64,000 bases of DNA from an uncultured virus (IMG/VR IMGVR_UViG_3300047157_000031) (taxonomy: Duplodnaviria; Heunggongvirae; Uroviricota; Caudoviricetes). This document shows positions 1 through 10,167 of this stretch, one piece after another. Under the pieces are notes generated by a model. It saw only the letters and a list, made by a program, of their open reading frames with translations. It had not been told where the DNA came from and ran no database searches. The translations under genes and the position numbers were made by a program. The stretch lies in the IMG/VR virus record IMGVR_UViG_3300047157_000031; one strand, 5' to 3'. Position 1 is the first letter of the stretch. Each line of letters starts with the position of its first letter.

Positions 1-1
1 A

Positions 2-76
2 GGGGCACAGTTAAGTCAATTTTTAAATGGGGGAACTATTATGCCTCATTTAATGAGACCTTTAGAATTATCTTAA
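2..76 (+). CDS. 3' end of an upstream gene, probably the allele-A counterpart of the ejection protein at 52186-53310
   Basis: Open frame GAQLSQFLNGGTIMPHLMRPLELS* ends at 76, followed by SD AGGAG and ATG 90; assignment is by synteny only. Confidence 0.4.
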   Translation, partial: GAQLSQFLNGGTIMPHLMRPLELS

Positions 77-89
77 TTAGGAGATATAC

Positions 90-716
90 ATGCCAATTAT
101 AGACAACATAGCAGAAGACAAAGAGTTAAGTCAAGAAAAATTAGATTTAATTGGAGGGGCTTTTAATAAACCTATTGCAGGACAATCCTTAACTAAAGAC
201 CCTGATCAACCTTATGCATGGGAAGGGGCTCCAGAATATACAACTGTGCCTGAAGCATCAATGGCAATATTTGTTGAAATGACAAAAGAAGAAACTTTCA
301 TGCCTTTATTAGAAGCACTAAAGCAGGGCTTCCCTGTTGTAGATATGGCTAATTTAATTTTATATAGAGGATTCCAAACTGGTAAGTTTAGCCCTGACTT
401 GATGTTGCTTTTAATGGAACCAGTTATGTATATGATTTTAGCTTTAGCAGAAAAAGCAGGCTTAGGAGATGTCGTGGGTTATGATGGAGAGGAAGACGAT
501 GAAGAAGGTGAGCCAGAAGATAAAGTAAAAGTTTTAAGACAAATGAAACAATCTTTACAACTTGCAGGTCAAAATGTATCAGAACAAAGTGTTGCGGATT
601 TACCTGAATTAAAACAAGAGATAGAAGAATTTGAAGTTCCTGAAAACGTAGGTAGTTTATTAGAAAGACCTACACAACAAACAGAAGATAATAGTTTATT
701 AGCTAGAGGTATTTAA
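90..716 (+). CDS. Putative internal virion/ejection-associated protein, allele A (208 aa)
   Basis: Homologous to 53322-53915: PIAGQSLTKDP vs PIPGQSLTNDP; GKFSPDLMLLLMEPVMY vs GKWNPDLLMMLMEPVMY; both end SLLA(R/K). Confidence 0.65.
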   Translation: MPIIDNIAEDKELSQEKLDLIGGAFNKPIAGQSLTKDPDQPYAWEGAPEYTTVPEASMAIFVEMTKEETFMPLLEALKQGFPVVDMANLILYRGFQTGKFSPDLMLLLMEPVMYMILALAEKAGLGDVVGYDGEEDDEEGEPEDKVKVLRQMKQSLQLAGQNVSEQSVADLPELKQEIEEFEVPENVGSLLERPTQQTEDNSLLARGI

Positions 717-2526
717 ATGGAATCATTATTTAAAAAAAGACAAAGATTTAACGAGGGAGGAGTGCCAGATCAGTTAGCGTATGGTGCAGACTTAGAGCGT
801 AGTATTAAAAAAAGAATGAAGACTAAGCCTTTAGATGCTATACTTAAAATAGGAGTAGCATTAAAGGCAGGCAAAGCTAATGAGTTAAAGGAAAATTTAG
901 CTCGTATAACTACAAACCTAGAAGAAGAACAGGCAGGTTTAAAAGCATTTGGTACACAACTTACAGAGCATCAAGCTAGGATAAAAACATTACGAGACAA
1001 AGGCAATGGTAGATTTAGTGGCAGGAATAATGATGGATTTTTTAACGGAAGCCGGTGTTGGAGATGTTGATGCTGAAGGTATTGAAAGAAGGTATAGTCC
1101 AGATATTTTTGCTCAGATTAAACGATGATCGCAGAAAGAAAAAGCAGAAAACATGCTGCGTAAAGAAAAAGAATATAAAACAATTCGAAGTACATATAAT
1201 CCTAATGATCCCTCTGAAGGAATATACGCTGAAAATTTAGATGATGTAAGTTTATTTACTAAACCTTATAATGAAGCCTTATACAATATTCATTTAAATC
1301 AAAAATCTTTAGGTAACAATAATTTATTAGATGTTATAACTAATAAAGCAAACAAAAATGATTATAATATTTTAAAAGATGGAATAGAGGAAGAAGAAAA
1401 ATTAAATGCGATAATTTCAGCCACAAGACAAAGTAGAAAGGATTTAGAAGATTATGTCGTTGATCCAGAATTTTTACAATCTCTTATACAAGAAGATACA
1501 GGTAAGCAAGGTTCGGCTCGAATGAAAGATCAAATAACAGAAAATATTAAAGATGTAGTTACTAAAACTAGAATGTGGTTACAAGAGAAAGATAGAGAAT
1601 ACACAGGGGGAGATTACTTTTTTCAACAATCTAGCACTAATGCAGCAAGTGCAAGAAAAAATCAAAAATACGATGAAGACTATCAAAATTTTTTAGACTA
1701 TAGTGGTTATACTGATCAACAGATGAAAGAAATTTATTGGCAAGCCACAAGTATTGCAAGTACATTAGAAGAAAAAAATATCAAGAATCTTTTAATAGGT
1801 AGTGATTCAGGCGGGGCTTATGGTGAAAAAGATATATCAGACCAATACAAATCATCACTAGCTCAAATACTTCGAGATTATAATAGTAATGTAGACATAA
1901 TGCCAGAAGAGATAAAGAGAAAAGTCATTGTAGGTTTAGAGATTAAAGGCTACGAAGAACAACAAATTACCCAAGAGCAATATTTTCAAGGATCAGAAAT
2001 TGTTAAAAATCGTGTGTCAAACTTACCTGAAGAGTATTTAGAAAAATATAGTAATCTTGATGGTACTGCAGAAATTGATTTTAATCTTTCTGTAATAGCA
2101 GATGCTAAAACTTATATGAAACGATATGGTTTTTCTCAAGCAGAAGCTTATGGATTTGCTTTACAAAATCAAAAATTTGGTCTTGCTGAAGGTACAGATT
2201 CTATAACAGTTCCATTTATAGGTTATAAAATAGCAGGAGATGATAGGTTTCAATCACAACCTTTATTATCTGTAGTAAAAGGTAAGCTACATCAAGATAT
2301 TTTACAAAATTATCCTATAAGTTTTCCCCTTCCTGAAAATACGTTTAGTCAATATTTAAATACGATTAATAAAAATCAAGTTTATTGGTATCATCAAGAT
2401 ACGCTTAGTAATCCTACACCTAAAATGTGGGAAGATGGACAGAATATGACTATTGGTCAATATAGGGTTGAGTTTAGTAGGACTCCTGATGCAGAAGGTA
2501 ATCACTTTATAAATATTACTCCATAA
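717..2526 (+). CDS. Putative ejection protein, allele A (~600 aa), broken by apparent frameshift errors near 1000-1150
   Basis: ORF pieces 717-1070 and 1153-2526; same slot and similar size as 53919-55763; N-terminal RQRFNEGG motif. Confidence 0.5.
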
Positions 2527-2531
2527 AATAA

Positions 2532-5500
2532 ATGCCTATAATACCAAAAGATTCTGAAAACGTAACAGGTTCTACAGTTACTAAACAAGATGAGCCTAGT
2601 ACTATCTTGCCTATGGAAGAGAAAGAAAAGACTTTCTTCAATCCACAAACTGGCTTAGTTGATAAGTTTAAAGGAACTAAAGAAGAATACACCAAAGCTC
2701 AAAATGTAAAAACTATAAAAGAATACTTTGAGCCTAAAGCAAAAAGTATTACAGAGTTTACACAAAATCCAGACGTTCAAGACAAAGCAATGCAAATGAT
2801 GTCTTATCTTGATAACACAACATATGAAGATGGTCAGAATGCTGCTGATGCTTTTGTAGATTATACTAGGGGTAGAGAATTTAATCTTACAAAGAGTCTT
2901 TACGAGACAGCTAAAACTTTAAAAGGTAGGGCAAAGAACGATCCAGAAGCTCAAAAGTTTATAGAAAACTATTCTTCTTTAATGAATGAGTTTCATGCCA
3001 CAAACCCTAATGGAAAGTCTAAATATGAGAACATAGGGCTTAATGAAACTTTAACTTTAACTGGAGATATATTTAAAGGTATTCTTACTGATCCTGCTAA
3101 TATTCCTATTTTATTTACAGGTCCGGGAGGTCTTCCCCCTAAAATTGCTACACAACAAGCAGCCGCACAAACATTAAGACAAGGTATTAAAAACATGGCT
3201 GCCAAAAGTTATAATGTATCTTTAGGTAAAGTTGCTCCTGTGTATAATGCAATTCCTAGAATACCTTTAAATACTAGAAGCTACAAAAGTTCAATGGGTA
3301 TTCTAGGTACAGAGGGAGCAATCTATGGTGGATTAGATAGTCACTTGTATCAGAAAAGATATAATGAAATTGGTGTTGAAGGCTACGAAGAATATGATCC
3401 TAGGCTCACAGCTACAGGGGCTGTATTTGGTTTTACATTTGGTTTAGGTATAGGAGGAGGAACTACATTTGTACTAAACAGATTAGACAAAAAAGCTAAA
3501 GCTGAAGCTGCTGAACAAGCTACAAAAGAATCAGAACAATTTCAAAGAACTATTCTAGATGAACCTGATCCAGAGGCTGAAGCTCCTGAAATTATTACAT
3601 TAGAAAAAGCTGCAGAACTAAACAGAAAAGAACGAGAAAGAAACCCACAACTGTCTAACAAGACACATGTTGAAGAGGTAGCTGATTTTGAAAGACGAGC
3701 AGCAGATGAAGAAGCTTTACTGCCTGAAAATTTTGTAAACAGAGTTATAGATGATGATGGAATTATTATAACAGATAAAACTGTTAGTCAAGTTTTAAAA
3801 GAAGAATCAAAAAAATTTAAACCTAAAATAGGTGGCTTTCAAAAATACAGAGAAGAAGGCGGTACTATTATTTTAGGTAAGTCTATGCGTATGTTTCAAA
3901 AGCCTACAACGTATAGTAAGCAAACAGGAGAGGTTAGTAAATTTTTAGAAGAAGCAGGAGTAGATCAAGGAGGAACTGCTTACAGATTTTTAAGATTAAT
4001 TCGTAATGATTCTTTAGAAAATTTTAATGATGATATAGTAAAAATTGCTACTGACTATGATTATGGTCAAAGACAGTTTAGTGAACAACTTGCTGATGCC
4101 TCTGGTAAATATATGGCGAGGGTTGAAAAATTAAAATTTGAAATAGAAGAAATTGCAAGAAATGAAAATAGATATAATAGAGGAACGGGTTTATATTTTA
4201 GGACAAAAGACTGGGCTTTAAAAGAGGGCACTACTTTAAATGACGATATTTATATGTTTTTAAATCAAGGTCGTTTTAAGCAAGGAGTTCCGGAAAGTAT
4301 AATTAGAAAAGCTGCGGAGTTTAGAAAAGTTTATGATGCTGTAGAAAAGGAAGCTATTCAGGCAGGTTTTATTTTTCATAAAGTACCTAATTTTTTCCCA
4401 AGATATCTTAAAGAAAGTAAAGTTCAAAGATCACTTGGAAATAGAGAAAGATACGCTCAACAACTTGTGGATGATGGTGAGTTTGAAAATACTACACAAG
4501 CTCAAGAAGCTATAGCATCTCAATTAGATAAATTACATGATGATTTTGATCCTTCTGTTGGTTCAATTGGTCAACGAACATATAAAAATTTAGATACATA
4601 TAAGATTAAAGATTTATTTGAAAATGATGTATTTGCAACTACAATGGCTTATGTAAACAGTACATCTAGAAAAATTGTAACTAAACGAACTTTAGGATTT
4701 GGGGAAGTTGAACAAGATAACAAATGGTTTATTCCGATGTATGGTGGTAATCTAGTAAAAACAAAACCTCAACAAGTATTAGAAGAAGTTCAAGAGCATT
4801 TAAGAGCAAGAGGTTTTGCAGAAGAAATAGTAGAAGATAAGTCTTTGTCTAAATACATCCAGTCTAATTTCTTGGCACGACAATTAAGTGATGATGATTC
4901 AATGTTACTATCTGAGTTAGTAAAAACAAATGCTAGGCTTAGGAGTAACAATTCAATTATAAATAATTCTTTTAAGTTTAATAATTTAAGTGTTCAAGAA
5001 AGAGCATCATTACTTAACAATACTTTCCAAGAAGAGATTGATAAAATTATTTTAAACAATTTTAATAGTGGTACATTTACAAAACAAAATCAAAAAATTG
5101 TTGGTGAATTATCTGAAGCTAATGTAAATTATGCTAGAGGAAGATTACCATCAGATGAGAAAAACAGAATGAAAATGTTGGTTCAAAATTTAACTGGACA
5201 ATATGGGCGTGGTAGTAAAGGTCTTGAACAATTTACAGGTAATCTATTAGCTTTACAAGCAGCTAACAAACTTTCATTAGCTACGCTATCTAGTTTACCT
5301 GAAACATTTATTCCTTTCTTTAAAGCTTCTCCTAAGTTAGCTATACAAGCTTTTACAAAAACTGCATATGAAGAAGGTGTTAAAGCCGCTTCAAATTTAC
5401 TTGGCGGCACTAAAGGATTGCCTAGTTTAACTAGAGCAGAAATGCATCAACATAATAAAATGATGTCTAGTGGTTTAAATGAAGCTATCAATGCTAGGTA

Positions 5501-7694
5501 TGGTGATGGCTTATCAGGTGTATCTCAAAAACTTACTTATCGTTTTTATAGGACTATATTCCTAGATCAGTATACTAAATTTGTACAGATATACTCATAT
5601 AATGCAGGTAAATTACTTATACGAGAAAATTTATCTAAGTTAGATAAGATGGGAAGAGAGGCTTATAATACTAAAAATAAAAAAGCTATGCGTTTAAGAT
5701 CAGCTATAAATCAACTAGGTGTTAATGTTGATGAAGGTATTAAATGGCATAAAGCAGGTGGTAAACTAGATGATGCATTCTATGAAAATTTAAGACAAAG
5801 TGCTGATAGGTTTGTAAACGAAGTTGTTATGATTCCCTCTAGAGAAAACGCTCAAAAATTTATAGCTTCAAGTCATTGGGCTGCCAGAGTAGCTTTTCAA
5901 TTATATTCTTACCCTGTCTCTTTTAGTAACACAGTTTTAAGAAATGCAATTAGAGACATGTACATGACTAGAGGGGCAGCAGTTCCTAAACATTTAGCAG
6001 GAGGAGCACTAATGTATTTTGCTACTGGTTTTACTCAAAGGATGAAAGGTATAAATGAAGTGGATGATGAGCCTATTGATCAACTTATAAAAACATTAAC
6101 AACTATGGGTGTAGCTGGTCCTTTTGATTTAGTTCATAATTTTCAAGAAGCTATATCCTATGGTAGTAATACACCAAGAGCTATGTTAAGACTAATGGGT
6201 CCAACTCTAGGGGGAATGTTAGCAGATTCTTTACAAGGAGATACTCCGTTTAGTTCAGCACTATTTAAAAATACAATGCCTTATAGAAATTTAATTAGAA
6301 GATTAAGTCCTGAAACTATCCATGAATTAGACGAGTTTTTAAAAGACATAGAAAGACGTGCTCAAGGAAAAGGAACATATACTAGAGGTAAGGCAAGACG
6401 AGAAGCAGATAAAAGGTTTGCACAAAAAGAAATGAGAGCAAAGCAACGACCTGCGAAACAAAAAATTAAAGAGGCTCGTGAAAAATTAGCTACTGGTGGT
6501 AAGCTATCGGTAGATTATCCTGTTCCTTTTGTGAAAGATAATCCAACAGAACGTAAGATAGATAATACTAACCAGAGCTTTGCAATTGTTTCTAGGTTGT
6601 TTGAAGAAGAGGATAGAGTTCCTTTTAGTTTCGGTGGCAAGTTAGCAAATAAACTTATAAAAACAAACTTATTTAAAAAGAAAGCGGGTTGGAAGTGGAC
6701 AAAAGTTCCTGAAGGTTTTGATCCTAATCCCGATGGTCAGTTTCCGTTAGTGTCTGTCGAAACAGGAGGCAAACATTTGTATTCTTTACAAGCTGATTTT
6801 CCTGAAGGGGTTTTATTAGAAAGATATGCTAAACAAAAAAGTGAACCTAGACTTAGACCAACAACAAAAGGAGTTGTTAGGACAGGTAATAAAATAGGAG
6901 AAATTAAAACATCAAGCGGTAAATTGCATCCAGTATACGATAATATAGTTGCGGTAGATGAAAAGACTAAAGCTGTTAAAGGATTAAAAGATATGCCTAC
7001 AAATGTAATGCCCGCTCCGCAAAGATTTTTTGATCCTGAAGATAAAGGGTATAAGCCTTTCTTATCTAATTTTGATTACATTAAAGGGGGTAGGTATGTT
7101 GAAATTAATAAAGAAGGTAATAAAGACGTTACGGGAACTATACCACAACAAGCTAGAATATCTATAGGTCCTGAAGGTAAGGCATCTTTTACAATATCTA
7201 GAGAATTTTATGATTCTTTATTTGCAGAGTCTATTACTAAATCTAGTTCTGATAAAACTTCTTCTATAAGTAGTATTGATAAGGCAAGAATAAAGAAAAA
7301 TGAAAAGAAGTTTAGAGGTAGTCTGCTTTCTAAAATGTCTGAAGGTGTAGACGATAGTTTAAGTGCAAGAGAAAAATTTATATCTGAAGATATATATAAA
7401 CCTTTTAATATAGGTTCTAAATTTACAACCTCTCAATTTGGAAATAAAAAAATATATGAAGTTGTGGATTTTGTAGTGCGAAGAGTTGCTGATAGAAAAA
7501 GTAATGCTAGAGTACCCGGATTATTAATACGTACAGTTAAAGATGATCTTCTTGCTAGTGATCCAAAGGATGTTAGGTTTATGTATTTGTACAAAGACCC
7601 AACAAGTAAAAATCCTACACAAGGTATATTTGATTTTTTAAATAAAGATAAAGACTATGTTAAATTTTTAACTGGTCCAAAGGATATTAAATGA
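2532..7694 (+). CDS. Large internal virion/ejection protein, allele A (1720 aa), with a variable C-terminal extension
   Basis: Size and position typical of podovirus large ejection proteins; shares blocks with 55771-59623 (ILTDP, LAT(L/V)SSL.E.F, LG.xV..G..W, YP..F.NT.L.N). Confidence 0.7.
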   Translation: MPIIPKDSENVTGSTVTKQDEPSTILPMEEKEKTFFNPQTGLVDKFKGTKEEYTKAQNVKTIKEYFEPKAKSITEFTQNPDVQDKAMQMMSYLDNTTYEDGQNAADAFVDYTRGREFNLTKSLYETAKTLKGRAKNDPEAQKFIENYSSLMNEFHATNPNGKSKYENIGLNETLTLTGDIFKGILTDPANIPILFTGPGGLPPKIATQQAAAQTLRQGIKNMAAKSYNVSLGKVAPVYNAIPRIPLNTRSYKSSMGILGTEGAIYGGLDSHLYQKRYNEIGVEGYEEYDPRLTATGAVFGFTFGLGIGGGTTFVLNRLDKKAKAEAAEQATKESEQFQRTILDEPDPEAEAPEIITLEKAAELNRKERERNPQLSNKTHVEEVADFERRAADEEALLPENFVNRVIDDDGIIITDKTVSQVLKEESKKFKPKIGGFQKYREEGGTIILGKSMRMFQKPTTYSKQTGEVSKFLEEAGVDQGGTAYRFLRLIRNDSLENFNDDIVKIATDYDYGQRQFSEQLADASGKYMARVEKLKFEIEEIARNENRYNRGTGLYFRTKDWALKEGTTLNDDIYMFLNQGRFKQGVPESIIRKAAEFRKVYDAVEKEAIQAGFIFHKVPNFFPRYLKESKVQRSLGNRERYAQQLVDDGEFENTTQAQEAIASQLDKLHDDFDPSVGSIGQRTYKNLDTYKIKDLFENDVFATTMAYVNSTSRKIVTKRTLGFGEVEQDNKWFIPMYGGNLVKTKPQQVLEEVQEHLRARGFAEEIVEDKSLSKYIQSNFLARQLSDDDSMLLSELVKTNARLRSNNSIINNSFKFNNLSVQERASLLNNTFQEEIDKIILNNFNSGTFTKQNQKIVGELSEANVNYARGRLPSDEKNRMKMLVQNLTGQYGRGSKGLEQFTGNLLALQAANKLSLATLSSLPETFIPFFKASPKLAIQAFTKTAYEEGVKAASNLLGGTKGLPSLTRAEMHQHNKMMSSGLNEAINARYGDGLSGVSQKLTYRFYRTIFLDQYTKFVQIYSYNAGKLLIRENLSKLDKMGREAYNTKNKKAMRLRSAINQLGVNVDEGIKWHKAGGKLDDAFYENLRQSADRFVNEVVMIPSRENAQKFIASSHWAARVAFQLYSYPVSFSNTVLRNAIRDMYMTRGAAVPKHLAGGALMYFATGFTQRMKGINEVDDEPIDQLIKTLTTMGVAGPFDLVHNFQEAISYGSNTPRAMLRLMGPTLGGMLADSLQGDTPFSSALFKNTMPYRNLIRRLSPETIHELDEFLKDIERRAQGKGTYTRGKARREADKRFAQKEMRAKQRPAKQKIKEAREKLATGGKLSVDYPVPFVKDNPTERKIDNTNQSFAIVSRLFEEEDRVPFSFGGKLANKLIKTNLFKKKAGWKWTKVPEGFDPNPDGQFPLVSVETGGKHLYSLQADFPEGVLLERYAKQKSEPRLRPTTKGVVRTGNKIGEIKTSSGKLHPVYDNIVAVDEKTKAVKGLKDMPTNVMPAPQRFFDPEDKGYKPFLSNFDYIKGGRYVEINKEGNKDVTGTIPQQARISIGPEGKASFTISREFYDSLFAESITKSSSDKTSSISSIDKARIKKNEKKFRGSLLSKMSEGVDDSLSAREKFISEDIYKPFNIGSKFTTSQFGNKKIYEVVDFVVRRVADRKSNARVPGLLIRTVKDDLLASDPKDVRFMYLYKDPTSKNPTQGIFDFLNKDKDYVKFLTGPKDIK

Positions 7695-8152
7695 AATACA
7701 ATCACTTCCTAGAACACCTTGAACTTAGAGAAGGTAACGAAGAATGCGTATACCTTGATACACTAGGCAAACCTACCTGTGGTGTTGGACATCTCTTGAC
7801 TGAAAGAGAACGTAAATTCTATCAAGTAGGTGACGAAGTTTCAGAAGAACAAAGAAATTCGTGGTTAGAACAAGATGCAGCTAAAGCGTGGGAGGCTGCA
7901 GCACAACAGATTCAAGACCTTGACATAGAAGACACAGACTTTATAGTTGCACTAGGCTCAGTAAACTTTCAACTGGGCACAAGATGGATGAATAAATTTC
8001 CATCAGCCTATAAAGCCTTGGCTAGTAAAGACTATGCTGAAGCAATACGTCAAGTCTCAACAGGTTCAGGCAAGGATGGACAATCTAAATGGAAAGAACA
8101 AACACCGGTTAGAGTAGAAGATTTTGTTCTAGCTATTGACAAACTAACATAA
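7691..8152 (+). CDS. Phage lysozyme (GH24/T4-lysozyme-like)
   Basis: Catalytic pattern LELREG..CVYLDTLGKPTCGVGHLL; FQLG; C-terminal SKWKEQTPVR resembles T4-lysozyme W..QTP.R. Confidence 0.85.
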   Translation: MKYNHFLEHLELREGNEECVYLDTLGKPTCGVGHLLTERERKFYQVGDEVSEEQRNSWLEQDAAKAWEAAAQQIQDLDIEDTDFIVALGSVNFQLGTRWMNKFPSAYKALASKDYAEAIRQVSTGSGKDGQSKWKEQTPVRVEDFVLAIDKLT

Positions 8153-8164
8153 CAACCCTATAAT
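8136..8164 (+). promoter_or_regulatory. Consensus sigma70 promoter, copy A
   Basis: TTGACA (8136-8141), 17 nt, TATAAT (8159-8164). Confidence 0.7.
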
Positions 8165-8315
8165 GATATTATATTTAGAAGATCAATTGGAAGGATGCTA
8201 CAGACAGTATTGCATTCACCAAGTAAAACAAGATATGCCTTTCATGAGCCTAGATGATTTTAGAAACATGTTTGAGGATTTAATGGAAGTAATATATAAG
8301 GACGAAGAAGTATGA
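8163..8315 (+). CDS. Small hypothetical protein (50 aa, not in ORF track)
   Basis: MILYLEDQLEGCYRQYCIHQVKQDMPFMSLDDFRNMFEDLMEVIYKDEEV; frame-conserved homolog at 59662-59811; ATGA overlap with the holin start. Confidence 0.7.
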   Translation: MILYLEDQLEGCYRQYCIHQVKQDMPFMSLDDFRNMFEDLMEVIYKDEEV

Positions 8316-8782
8316 AAGATATGTTAAAGAGTTTAGTAGGAGCAGTAGCACCTACAATAGGTACTGCATTAGGCGGTCCTATGGGCGGTATGGCTGCAAA
8401 TATGATAGCTGATGTACTTGGAGTATCTAATACACCTAAAGCTATTGAGAAAGCTATACAAGAAGCTACACCTGAACAGATGCTTGAACTTAAAAAAGCT
8501 GAACAAGAGTTTGAACTTCAGATGAAAGAGCTTGATGTAGATGTATTTAAACTTGAGACAGCAGACATACAGGATGCTAGAGGTAAGTTTAGTAAAGATT
8601 GGACAGCTAGAATAGTAGGTGTATCTGTAGTTGGTGGCTTTATGGGTTATATATTTTTAGTAACTCTTCAGCCTCCTGAACAAAACTCTGAGGCTCTTAT
8701 AAACCTAGTACTTGGTTACTTAGGAGGATTGGCTAGTGCAGTTATTAGCTTTTACTTTGGAGCATCACATAAACAAGACTAA
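8312..8782 (+). CDS. Putative holin (C-terminal transmembrane helices)
   Basis: Gly-rich hydrophobic N-terminus, coiled coil, two hydrophobic helices ending SFYFGAS; lies close behind the lysozyme gene. Confidence 0.6.
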   Translation: MKDMLKSLVGAVAPTIGTALGGPMGGMAANMIADVLGVSNTPKAIEKAIQEATPEQMLELKKAEQEFELQMKELDVDVFKLETADIQDARGKFSKDWTARIVGVSVVGGFMGYIFLVTLQPPEQNSEALINLVLGYLGGLASAVISFYFGASHKQD

Positions 8783-8970
8783 TGAAACAGAAATTAAAAG
8801 ACGTTATAGCAGACGGACGATGGAATTGGTACGGACTCGCAGACGAAGAAGAAGACTCTCAAGATAATTGTTACAAAGGATTATTTTGGAATCTTGAAAC
8901 AAGAACATTCCTACGATGGAATGAATTAAAAAAGAAAGGAAAATCAACTGAAGGAAAAAGCACAGAGTAG
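8782..8970 (+). CDS. Hypothetical protein (62 aa)
   Basis: TAATG coupling to the holin; conserved at 60278-60466. Confidence 0.6.
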   Translation: MKQKLKDVIADGRWNWYGLADEEEDSQDNCYKGLFWNLETRTFLRWNELKKKGKSTEGKSTE

Positions 8971-9123
8971 CATCTGCGTTGTATGTATTGTTGGTTGGAT
9001 GTATTTAGTAGCTTCGGGATACTACTATTACTTCTAATCACTACTTAGACTAGAAAAAGCAAGACCCTAAAAGAACGCTATTGTTAGCTTCACAGGGAAA
9101 TTGCACGTTAAAATTGGAGAAGC

Positions 9124-10167
9124 ATGAAAAAATTATTAGGCACAATAGTTTTAGGGTTATTAAGTATGTCTGTACTATCAGACCAAACAGGTGATTGTAC
9201 TGCAGGTGAACAGTATTGTGAGCAGAATAGTTTAGATACAACTAACACAACAACTACAACAAATACAAACACTAATACAAATACTAACACCAATACAAAC
9301 AACAATACAAACGTAAATACAAATACGAATAACAATACAAACACTAATACAAATACGAATGCCAATACAAATGTTAATACAAATACCAGTACTAACAATA
9401 ATACAAATGCTAATACAAATGTAAACACTAATACCTCTACTGCTACATCTGAAAATACTAATTCAAATACAAACGTCAGTACATCTACTAGTACAAATAA
9501 CTCAACAGTTAATCAAACTGTAAACAATACAAGTAACAATACAAACAATAATAACTCAACATCTACAAGCACAAACAATAACACAAACGTAAACAAATCT
9601 ACGTCCGAGTCCAATGTCACAACTGATAACACGAATAGTAATACCAATAACAACAATACCATATCTGATAATACTAACAGAAATATTAACCAATCAAATT
9701 CTACCCAGACTATAAATCAGAATGTTAAAACAAAAGCACCTCCGGCATCTGCTATTGCTCCTAGTATTATGTCTTACTCTCAAGACCTCTGTACAGTTGG
9801 AAGATCAGGAGCATATCAAGGACAGGTATTTGGATTTTCTACTGGAGGCACAGTTACTGATGAGAACTGCGAGCGGCTTAAACTCTCTAAGTACTTATAC
9901 GACACAGGTATGAAGGTAGCTTCAGTATCTATACTGTGTCAAGATGAAAGAGTTTTTAGTGCTATGGAAATGGCAGGTACTCCTTGTCCTTATCAGGGTA
10001 AGATAGGTAAGGAAGCCTCTAAAGCATGGAAAGAAAATCGACAAGATAGACCTGACTATGAGCAGTTAAAAGATAAATATATTAAGCATTGTAAAACTAC
10101 AAGAAATGGAAAGGGTAAAAGAAAATCAGGAAGAACCTGTGCAAATGAGTTCTATGCCTCAAACTAA
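9124..10167 (+). CDS. Secreted protein with an Asn/Thr repeat tract and a Cys-rich C-terminal domain
   Basis: Signal peptide MKKLLGTIVLGLLSMSVLS; ~160 aa (NT)n region; several Cys in the C-terminal domain; SD GGAG. Confidence 0.8.
   Translation: MKKLLGTIVLGLLSMSVLSDQTGDCTAGEQYCEQNSLDTTNTTTTTNTNTNTNTNTNTNNNTNVNTNTNNNTNTNTNTNANTNVNTNTSTNNNTNANTNVNTNTSTATSENTNSNTNVSTSTSTNNSTVNQTVNNTSNNTNNNNSTSTSTNNNTNVNKSTSESNVTTDNTNSNTNNNNTISDNTNRNINQSNSTQTINQNVKTKAPPASAIAPSIMSYSQDLCTVGRSGAYQGQVFGFSTGGTVTDENCERLKLSKYLYDTGMKVASVSILCQDERVFSAMEMAGTPCPYQGKIGKEASKAWKENRQDRPDYEQLKDKYIKHCKTTRNGKGKRKSGRTCANEFYASN

Noticed and set aside
8925..9037. A-AAA-AAG slippery site giving a frameshifted TM extension of the 62-aa ORF
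   Set aside because: The -1 frame stops within a few codons, and the heptamer is absent in copy B (TTA AAG AAG).
9108..9428. Hydrophobic Val/Phe/Leu antisense ORF (also 60604-60996) and other antisense ORFs such as 42350-43405, 50152-50592 and 5183-5410
   Set aside because: These are shadows of low-complexity or biased-codon genes on the opposite strand and lack independent signals.
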